A DNA stretch of 64,000 bases from Dehalococcoidia bacterium (lineage in GTDB: Bacteria; Chloroflexota; Dehalococcoidia; UBA6926), in assembly GCA_965204885.1 (NCBI GenBank), contig OZ242019.1, forward strand, positions 1,127,327 through 1,191,326. Reading direction: 5' to 3'. The notes under the pieces were generated by a model. That model made no database searches. It saw only the letters and a program-made list of their open reading frames with translations, and was not told where the DNA came from. The position numbers and the translations under genes are program-made. Each line of letters starts with the position of its first letter. The first letter of the stretch is position 1. Of this stretch, positions 47,406 to 55,301 are shown piece after piece.

Positions 47406-48284
47406 CTATTCAAACGCGGGCATGCCGCAGAAGGCTTCGTAGTCGATGAGCTCCGTGACCGTCGGGTTTTCGCCGCAGGCGGGGCAGTTGGGATCCTTGC
47501 GGATCTTGACAGTCCGCATGTCCATGTCCAGCGCGTCGACCATGAGCAGTCGGTTCACGAGTGGCTTGCCGACGCCCAGGATGAGCTTGATGGCCTCCGT
47601 CGCCATGAGGGAGCCGACGATGCCCGGCAGCACGCCAAGCACGCCCGCCTCCGCGCAGGAGGGGACCATGCCGGGGGGGGGCGGCGCGGGGTAGAGGCAG
47701 CGGTAGCAGCCCTGCCCGGGCAGGAACGTGGTCACCTGGCCGTCAAACATGAAGATGGAGCCGTGCACGACGGGCTTGTCCATCAGCACGCCGAGGTCGT
47801 TGATGAGATAGCGCGTCGGGAAGTTGTCCGTCCCGTCGATGAGGATGTCAAACTCCTCCGCGATCTCCATCGCGTTTTCGGAGTTGATGTGCTTGGCGAT
47901 CTTGACGATCTCCGCATCCGGGTTGATCTCGCGGATGGTGTCCTCGGCGGAATCGACCTTGGGGCGGCCGATGTCGTCGTGCCCGTGCAGGAGTTGTCGA
48001 TGCAGGTTGGTGATATCGACATCATCGAAATCGACGATGCCGATCTTGCCGACGCCGGCGGCGGCCAGGTACATGGCGAGCGGGGAGCCGAGCCCGCCGG
48101 CCCCGACGAGCAGCACGCTCGCGTCCATGAGCTTGCGCTGCCCGATGCTGCCGACCTGCGGCATGATGATATGCCGACTGAATCGCTGCACCTGCTGGGG
48201 CGTCAGGGTGCGCGGCGCTTGAATGATTCCGTTCGCCGCCGCTCCGTTCGTGGTCGTTGTCGTTGTGGTCGTCGTAGTAGCCAT
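47406..48284 (-). CDS. MoeB/ThiF-family E1-like adenylyltransferase with N-terminal poly-Thr tract
   Basis: GAGGLGSP nucleotide-binding loop, CxxC pairs; MATTTTTTTTTTN from (ACN)10. Confidence 0.8.
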   Translation of the reverse strand: MATTTTTTTTTTNGAAANGIIQAPRTLTPQQVQRFSRHIIMPQVGSIGQRKLMDASVLLVGAGGLGSPLAMYLAAAGVGKIGIVDFDDVDITNLHRQLLHGHDDIGRPKVDSAEDTIREINPDAEIVKIAKHINSENAMEIAEEFDILIDGTDNFPTRYLINDLGVLMDKPVVHGSIFMFDGQVTTFLPGQGCYRCLYPAPPPPGMVPSCAEAGVLGVLPGIVGSLMATEAIKLILGVGKPLVNRLLMVDALDMDMRTVKIRKDPNCPACGENPTVTELIDYEAFCGMPAFE

Positions 48285-48347
48285 CCTCAGAGTCTCCCTT
48301 GTGGTGGTATCCCGTTCAGACAGTATAGGGGATTGGGGGTGGGTGGG

Positions 48348-48950
48348 TTACTCCACCGGCTCCCGTGCCGAGTAGAGCGAATTCAGGTCATCTGGCCTTA
48401 TACGGAACTTCGTGCCGTGGTCTCGGGCACTGCCACTATCCTGCAAGAAGGCGTCAGAATCGATGACTATTGTTCCATCTGCAATAAGTCGGATGAGTTG
48501 GGTAATTCTCGGTTCCCATAGGAACTCCGCAGACCTATAGGTCACCAGACGCGCTTGCCGATTCCATGACCCGCGAACGAGGACCAAGTAAACGGCGTTA
48601 CGCGCGAATTCATTGATCAAGGCATCATGTGACCAAGATTGCGCAAATCTAGCGCCTGCTTCACCTCCAACCTGAATCGAGCCCTCCGTGTCGGTGACGG
48701 CATGCGGCCCGCCAATATCTGGTTCCATGTCAAATAGCGCCAAATCTGAGGTTCCATCGGTGAACGCTATTTTCCATGCCCCTGCATCAGGCAGCGCCCG
48801 TTCGGACGCCTTTAGTTCGCGCAGGAGATGCACCAGATATAGCCTAGGAGCCTCCGACCCCTCAAAGCGGTCATCAGGTGATATGTCGTATTCCCGTGTT
48901 GCGAGAATCTCCTTCAATTTTCTTCTAACGCTTGCCCGTGGTGCTGCCAT
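48348..48950 (-). CDS. MvaI/BcnI-family restriction-endonuclease-like protein (no adjacent methyltransferase)
   Basis: C-terminal ...IDSDAFLQDSGSARDHGTKFRIRPDDLNSLY resembles, as I recall it, the BcnI C-terminus (...DQDLSKSKGPHDRGPHLRIPISKLDKLY); start taken at MAAPRASV; AT-richer region. Confidence 0.45.
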   Translation of the reverse strand: MAAPRASVRRKLKEILATREYDISPDDRFEGSEAPRLYLVHLLRELKASERALPDAGAWKIAFTDGTSDLALFDMEPDIGGPHAVTDTEGSIQVGGEAGARFAQSWSHDALINEFARNAVYLVLVRGSWNRQARLVTYRSAEFLWEPRITQLIRLIADGTIVIDSDAFLQDSGSARDHGTKFRIRPDDLNSLYSAREPVE

Positions 48951-49035
48951 GTTCTTTCCGATAGGCCACCCTAAACCGCCACTCGCCCCGTCACCGGCAT
49001 GACCGGCGCAGTGATAGGGAAGTGGGACAAGTGGC

Positions 49036-50810
49036 TTACTCGGCCTCCTCGTCGTCTTCCAGTTGGGTCGAGTCAAGCAGGAAATCCCATTCAGATGCCA
49101 GATGGTTCTGAATCACCTTTCCCCGTTTGTTGATGAATTCGAGATAATCCTCTCGAGTCTTGTCTTGTCGCTGCATTAGTTCTAGGCACTCAGCATCAAC
49201 AAAGAAAGTGTCAAATAGGGTGGTCAGCTCGTTTGGCCAATTGTCCCTAACGTCTTTGACTTGGTCAGAGGGGTTCATCTTGGCCCATCTCCGATTCGTA
49301 TCACCTGTAATTGGCATCACATTAAGTGCCAAGTCAGAATCAGGTGCCCTTCCGCCACTCCCCAAGAAGTCAGCCACGAATGCTCTGGGGAAGATGTGGT
49401 GACTATGCGCTGACACAATGGCCACGCCAGTCCCCCCGACAGGCTCTTTGTTCAGCGGATCCTTGGGCTGTCTCCTGCTTATCAGCATCGAAATGAGTTT
49501 GCCGATCGCGCTGGAGGGCTTAATGGTGTCCAAGGACCCTACGCGAACGTTCTTTAGCCAAGAGGGCTCGTTCTCTCCCTTAGAGTCAATCCACTCCAGC
49601 AACTCACGTTCATCTCTTGCCTGTGTTGTCGGCTGCGCCTCCGTATAACGTTGACTGATGACTGTACCCACGAACCACCGCTCAAGGCGGTCATGCCATC
49701 TTGCTTTCTCGTGGCTAGGACCACTGTAGGCGGATTCAATTTTGGCGAGTGCGATACCGAGCGGGGGCAGAATTGCAGGATACGGAATCAGCTGACCTGT
49801 GTGGTCTAACCCGGCCCCAAGGCGATTCGTCAGGAATTCTCCGACTCTGTCTAGCGCGTCAATCGCATCATTCTTCCGTTTTCTGTAATTGACATGCGTT
49901 ATCGTCTTTGGCAATAAAGATCTCTTAGGATTCTCTTGTTCCAGCAATGCTACCGTTTGCAGGAGCAATTCACCATTTGCGTCTATGTGCCGGTAGTAAG
50001 CCGATAGCTCCTTAAATTCATCTATGTCTTGTCTCAGGTGAATACCATGTGAATAGAGAACCGCAACAACAATTTCAACAGGAGTCAATCGCTGGCCAGA
50101 AGTGTTGAGAGTCGCGAACACGCGAGTTATCGCCTCAATTGGCATTCCCTCATCAAGTTCCGTCAGTGGAACTGTGGGTTGAATCCCGATTTTGAAATAA
50201 GTGTCAATGAATCTCTCCAAGAATTTGCGACGATTCGGATGTTGTTTCAGATACCTCTCTTTCGCATCCCCAAACAAATCGTTATCAGCAAGTGCGGCAG
50301 TCCATAGCAAGTGTGAGTCGACAAGGTCAATCGGATTGTTGTTGCGACGGCGGGCAACGAGGTACTTGTCGTCTTCGTCAAGATCCTCTGCCAAAGCGCG
50401 CAAATTCTCCCGGGAGTGGTCGGCGGTTGGAACATCCGGGTCGGCAATATCAGGAGCTACGTCGACTGCCTTATCCCACAGGTAACCTAGATTCAAGAAA
50501 TACTGTGACGATCCAAGCCCCCTATAAAGCGCGAGCCCAGCAGTAATACGCTGCTGTCCATCAAGGACATATGCGTCGATTGGGTCAGTGGCTTCAACAA
50601 CGGGGTCAAAGAGCCTAGGCGACGATTTAATCTGTCAGATGACTCAAGCGTAAGAAACGCTCCAATCGGATAGTTTTTTCGGATTGAATCGTAAAGGCGC
50701 ATGACCTTCGCCCGAGTCCATTTCCAATCTCGTTGAAACTCAGGAAGCCTGAGCTTGCCCGATGCGGCGTGGTCAACTAACTCCTTGAAGCTAATGGTCT
50801 CTGTCTTCAA
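49036..50810 (-). pseudogene. GmrSD-family (DUF262/DUF1524) type IV restriction enzyme gene disrupted by a frameshift
   Basis: N-terminal LPEFQRDWKW in one frame (50493-50810); canonical ...PIDAYVLDGQQRITAGLAL... continues in the -1 frame, with two in-frame TGAs near 50630-50645; downstream HSHHIFPRA (DUF1524). Confidence 0.7.
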
Positions 50811-50910
50811 TATCTCACTCCAGCACTAGCCCGTAGCATCTTGTCCTCATTGTGACACGAAGCGGCTGCGGAGTCGTTATTCGAAACCCTTATCAAGTGT
50901 GGGAATAACG

Positions 50911-50990
50911 TGGCGCGCCCGGCAGGATTCGAACCCGTGACCCTCGGTTCCGAAGACCGACTACCCTCTACTCCGTTGAGCTACGGGCAG
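50911..50990 (-). pseudogene. degenerate tRNA-Arg(TCG)-like copy
   Basis: About 90% identical to the tRNA-Arg at 51394-51470 but has a C1:C72 mismatch, a 3-nt insertion in the D-arm and a T-stem change. Confidence 0.45.
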
Positions 50991-51330
50991 GCAGGGGCGT
51001 TCGGAAGAACTGGTACATGCGGCCATTTGCGCCCGTGGACTCGGCGACAGGAATCCGGGGACGGTATTGGTAAGGTGGGGGCTCGTACTCTACTCGGACG
51101 TTATATTCGCGCAGAAAGTCATTCAACGTGTCCATGTCGGTGAGATTTTCCAGTTGTAACTCAATGGCCTCCGCAAGCATCGCAAACGCTTCCTCAACGG
51201 TGTCGCCGCAGCTGGCCACCCCAAGTTCCGGGCAGATTGAAACGTATTGATCGTCCTCGCGCTCAACCATTCCGGTCAGCAAAATGTACGCGCCCGATTG
51301 CGCCTTATCCCGCTGGGCCGACTTTACCAT
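50968..51330 (-). CDS. HicB-like (UPF0150) antitoxin-family protein, orphan
   Basis: YILLTGMVEREDDQYVSICPELGVASCGDTVEEAFAMLAEAIELQLE fits the HicB-like fold signature; its 3' end runs into the degenerate tRNA copy; no HicA partner seen. Confidence 0.5.
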   Translation of the reverse strand: MVKSAQRDKAQSGAYILLTGMVEREDDQYVSICPELGVASCGDTVEEAFAMLAEAIELQLENLTDMDTLNDFLREYNVRVEYEPPPYQYRPRIPVAESTGANGRMYQFFRTPLPARSSTE

Positions 51331-51393
51331 CTGACCTTTCCTCCCCGTCCGCTTGCTGGCGCCATCATCATTGTATCCGTGGGAACAGAATAG

Positions 51394-51470
51394 TGGCGCG
51401 CCCGGCAGGATTCGAACCCGCGACCCTCGGTTCCGAAGACCGATGCTCTACTCCACTGAGCTACGGGCGC
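51394..51470 (-). tRNA. tRNA-Arg (TCG)
   Basis: Reverse complement: GCGCCCG/CGGGCGC acceptor, D-arm GCTCAGTGGAGTAGAGC, anticodon stem TCGGT/ACCGA with loop CTTCGGA, GGTTCGAATCC T-arm. Confidence 0.8.
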
Positions 51471-51631
51471 ACGCCATCAATACAGACCAGTATCCATCGT
51501 AACGCTGATTGGGGTGGGGGTGCATGAGCGGTAGGGAATAGAGAGGGGCGCCCACCGCGGTGGGCGCCCCCTTCAACTCGATTATTCTGCGAGCCTGCGA
51601 TGGCTCGCGTTTGTCGGGTTGTCCGTTTTAG

Positions 51632-53395
51632 CTAGTTGTCCTCCAGCAGGTAGGTGTGCGCGTGGCGGTAGAAGTTGCCGTAGGACTGTGAGGGTACCGT
51701 CGGCATCACACCAGCCACCCGATCGGAGAAGACCGGAATCGCCAGCTGGAAGCCGCCAAGCGTGCGAACCTGGTCGCGCAGGACGATCTCACCTGCCTGC
51801 CAGGCCAACTCTCGCCGCTGCTCAGGATCAAGCTCCACGGACTGCGCGTCGATCAGCCTGTCCAACTCAGGGTTGGAGTACTGCCCGTAGTTCCTGCCGG
51901 AACCGGTGTAGAAGTACTCATATAGGATGAAGTCCGGGTCAAACCCGCCGATCCATCCTGCGTGGCCGCCCAGGTCGAAGTCGCCGGCGTTCATGCGGGT
52001 GTAGTAGTTGCCTGTTTCCATCTCACCGCTTTCGACGGAGATGCCGACCTCGTTGAGGTCCTCAAGCACGGTGGGCGCGTACACGCCGTAGAACGGGGCG
52101 TAGATCATCGTGGCCTGCAGCTCGCCCGGCTCATAGCCGGCGTCCGCCAGGATCTGGCGCGCCTGGTCCTTGTTCGCCTCGGGATCGCTGTAGTCGTGGC
52201 CCGTGATGGCCTTCAGCCGCTCCTCAGGCAGCGCGAAGTAGCTGCCGGGGAGGAATGGGCCGCCGGTCCCGGGGGCAATCCAGTCGTTGTAGCCGAGCTT
52301 GATGAGCCGGTTCCGGTCAATCGCCAGGCTGATGGCGTCACGCACGGGCTGCGTGTTCCACGGCTCCCGATTGAAGTTCGGGATGACGGAGAACATCATG
52401 CCGGGGTGGACGGCTGACGCCCACTTCTGGCAGATGTCGCATTCGCGCAGCAGGGTGTTTGCATTCGCTCCGTTCCACCCGCCGGCGCTGCCGCCGATGT
52501 GGATGCGGCCGGAGCGGAGGCCCGCAACCTGCGCCTGGTTGTTGAGAATCAGGATCTCAATCGAGTCAAGGTACGGGAACGGCTGGTCCCAGTAATCGTC
52601 CTTGCGCTCCATGACCATCTTCTCGCCGGGGATCCAGTCTCCCACAACGAAGGGGCCGGTGCCGATCGGGGGCTCTTCACGCATCCGATTCATGTCATCG
52701 GCATAGAGATGGCTGGGCTTGACTACGTGGTACGGCAGCCCGATCACTTCAAGCAGCGAAGGCTTCGGGCGCTCCAGATGGAAAACGGCCGTCAGGTCGT
52801 CGGCGCATGTCGTGTCCGTGAGGGACGCGAAGTGTGCCGAGCGCGGATTGCGCAGCAGGCCGTCGCCCGTGCGGAGCGTGTCATACGCAAACTCGATGTC
52901 CGCGCACGAGAAGGCGACACCATCGGAGAATGCGACGCCATCACGCAGATTGAACGTCCACGTCAGGCCGTCCGTCGCCTGCTCCCAGTCAGTGGCAAGG
53001 TCAGGAACGATGGTCCAGTAGTCCCCGTTGATGAAGTTCTCCTTGTTGCCCCAGTCCTGCTTGGAAACAAGCATGTTGCCCACCGGGTGGCCGTAATGCG
53101 GCGCGCTTCCGGCTGCTTCCTCCCAGTTGCTGAACGTTGGGCCTTCGGACGTCGTCGCGATGATCAGCGTCCCACCGTAGCGCGCGTTCGGATCAACCGG
53201 TACGCCGCTCACGGAATGGGTCATCATGTCATCGCTCATATCATCGTCCATGTCGTCATCCATGGACGTGTCTTCGCCGGATGTGTCGGTAGATGTGTCG
53301 TCCTCATCATCCGATGCTGTTCCGCACGCCGACGCAACGACAAGGAACGCTGCCGCCACAAGCGCGAGCAGTAGAAACGTGATGCGATTCGTCAT
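51632..53395 (-). CDS. ABC transporter substrate-binding protein, family 5, lipoprotein
   Basis: Lipobox VVASAC, acidic linker, SBP_bac_5 core. Confidence 0.8.
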   Translation of the reverse strand: MTNRITFLLLALVAAAFLVVASACGTASDDEDDTSTDTSGEDTSMDDDMDDDMSDDMMTHSVSGVPVDPNARYGGTLIIATTSEGPTFSNWEEAAGSAPHYGHPVGNMLVSKQDWGNKENFINGDYWTIVPDLATDWEQATDGLTWTFNLRDGVAFSDGVAFSCADIEFAYDTLRTGDGLLRNPRSAHFASLTDTTCADDLTAVFHLERPKPSLLEVIGLPYHVVKPSHLYADDMNRMREEPPIGTGPFVVGDWIPGEKMVMERKDDYWDQPFPYLDSIEILILNNQAQVAGLRSGRIHIGGSAGGWNGANANTLLRECDICQKWASAVHPGMMFSVIPNFNREPWNTQPVRDAISLAIDRNRLIKLGYNDWIAPGTGGPFLPGSYFALPEERLKAITGHDYSDPEANKDQARQILADAGYEPGELQATMIYAPFYGVYAPTVLEDLNEVGISVESGEMETGNYYTRMNAGDFDLGGHAGWIGGFDPDFILYEYFYTGSGRNYGQYSNPELDRLIDAQSVELDPEQRRELAWQAGEIVLRDQVRTLGGFQLAIPVFSDRVAGVMPTVPSQSYGNFYRHAHTYLLEDN

Positions 53396-53563
53396 TAGCC
53401 AGCCTCCTCCCCGTCTGCATGGCTATCCGTCTGCATGTGTATTAGTACTAGACGATAATGAACCGCTTACAGACGGGGGTCAATACCTAGTTATGCAAAG
53501 TAATGTGGGCCGGCCACCCCCATCCTGACCTTCCCCCGTCAAGAGGGAAGGCTCAGCGGAGGG

Positions 53564-55228
53564 TTACATGGATTCCGGCGCGTTCATCCCCATCAGGGTC
53601 AGCGCGTTCCGCAGAACCGTCCCCGCCGCCTGCGTGAGCCGCAGCCGCGCCAGCGTGACGTGCGGTTCTTCTCCCAGAACGCGATGTTTCGTGTAGAAAT
53701 CATGGAATGCCGTGGCGAGTTCATAGGCATAGTGCGGCAGATGGTGCGGCTCCAGGTTGCGTGCGGATAGTTCCACGACTTCCGGAAAGCGGAGCATGGT
53801 GCGGGCCAGTTGAAGCTCTGCCTCCTCAGTCAGCGCGTCGAAGTTGGCGGCCTGGGACGCATCGTCCGGGTCGATGCCGTTCTCGCGCGCGTTGCGGAGG
53901 ATGGATGAGATGCGGGCAAAGGCGTACTGGATGTAGTAGACGGGGTTGTCCGGCGCCTCTTTCTTGGCCAGTTCAAGATCGAAATCCATCTGCGAATCCG
54001 CCGACCGCGCCAGGAAGAAATAGCGGCAGGCATCCGGGCCCACCTCGCTGATGACCTCCGCCAGGGTGATGATGTCGCCCGTGCGTTTGGACACCCGCAC
54101 GACTTCATCTCCACGCTTGAGGGTGACGAGCTGAACGAGGATGAATTGCAGTCGTTCGGGGTCCACGTCCAGCGCCTTGACCACCGCCTTCATGCGCGGA
54201 ACGTGTCCCTGATGATCCGCGCCCCACACGTTGACGACGCGGTCAAAGCTCCGGCCGAGGAACTTGTCGTAGTGGTAGGCGATGTCCGAGGCGAAATACG
54301 TTGGCGCGCCCGTCTGCCGCACCAGCACGCTATCGCGCTCGTCTCCCAGATCAGTGCCGGTGAACCAGACCGCGCCCTCGCGCTCGGCCGTGTAGCCGTT
54401 TGCGCGGACCTCGTCGATTGCCTTCTCGTATGTTCCGTCCGCGAACAGGGAGCGCTCGCTGAACCAGCGGTCAAAGCGAACGTCGATGCGTTCGAGGTCT
54501 TCGCGGATGGAGTCGATCATGCGCGCCATGCCGATTTCGCCGATTTCACGGATGCCGTCCTCGCCGTCGACGAACTGCTCGCCGTACTCCGAGGCCAGCT
54601 CCTGACCAAGTTCCACGAGGTACGCGCCGTGGTAGCCCTCCGTGGGAAACTCCGCATCTCTGCCCAAAGCCTGGAGATACCGCGCGTGGAGGGACTCAAA
54701 GAAGTTGTCCATCTGGCTGCCGGCGTCATTTATGTAGTACTCGCGCTGGACGGTGTAACCGGACGCCTCCAGCACGTTCGCGACAGCACTGCCCTGTACC
54801 GCGCCGCGTCCGTGGCCCACGTGAACGGGGCCCGTTGGGTTCACGCTGACGAACTCAACCTGTGCGCTGACGCCCGTGCCGCGGGTTCCGTGTCCGAAGC
54901 GGTCTCCCTCAGCGAGAATCGTCCCCACCTGCTGCATAATCCAGCGGTCATCCAACCCGAAATTGACGAATCCGGGCGGCGCGACGGTCACGGACGTGAC
55001 CTCCTCCTGCTCCGGTAGGCGTTCCCGCAGGATCTCCGCGATAGCCAGCGGAGACATACGCGCGGATCGTGCCATCTTGAGCGGCAGGCTGGAGGCGTAG
55101 TCGCCGTGCTCCTGGTTCTGGGGCCTCTCGACGGCGGGGTCCTGGTGCTCAAGCGCGGGCAGCGCGCCATCGGCCTGCGCGCGGCGCAGCGCCTCGGAGA
55201 GCATGTCAGAGATGGTGTCCTTGATCAT
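53564..55228 (-). CDS. argS: arginine--tRNA ligase
   Basis: Class I aaRS (HVGH-type motif ...NPTGPVHVGHGRGA...), Arg-tRNA synthetase N-terminal and anticodon-binding (DALR) regions. Confidence 0.9.
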   Translation of the reverse strand: MIKDTISDMLSEALRRAQADGALPALEHQDPAVERPQNQEHGDYASSLPLKMARSARMSPLAIAEILRERLPEQEEVTSVTVAPPGFVNFGLDDRWIMQQVGTILAEGDRFGHGTRGTGVSAQVEFVSVNPTGPVHVGHGRGAVQGSAVANVLEASGYTVQREYYINDAGSQMDNFFESLHARYLQALGRDAEFPTEGYHGAYLVELGQELASEYGEQFVDGEDGIREIGEIGMARMIDSIREDLERIDVRFDRWFSERSLFADGTYEKAIDEVRANGYTAEREGAVWFTGTDLGDERDSVLVRQTGAPTYFASDIAYHYDKFLGRSFDRVVNVWGADHQGHVPRMKAVVKALDVDPERLQFILVQLVTLKRGDEVVRVSKRTGDIITLAEVISEVGPDACRYFFLARSADSQMDFDLELAKKEAPDNPVYYIQYAFARISSILRNARENGIDPDDASQAANFDALTEEAELQLARTMLRFPEVVELSARNLEPHHLPHYAYELATAFHDFYTKHRVLGEEPHVTLARLRLTQAAGTVLRNALTLMGMNAPESM

Positions 55229-55301
55229 GGGAACTTAAAGTATGCCACCACCCGTCATCCTGAGCAGGACGCTTTCCCCATTCGGGCACAGGCAGTAACG
55301 G

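Noticed and set aside
50815-50835. 9-nt match 'gcccgtagc' to the tRNA-Arg 5' end on the opposite strand
   Set aside because: Too short and in the wrong orientation to be an att repeat.
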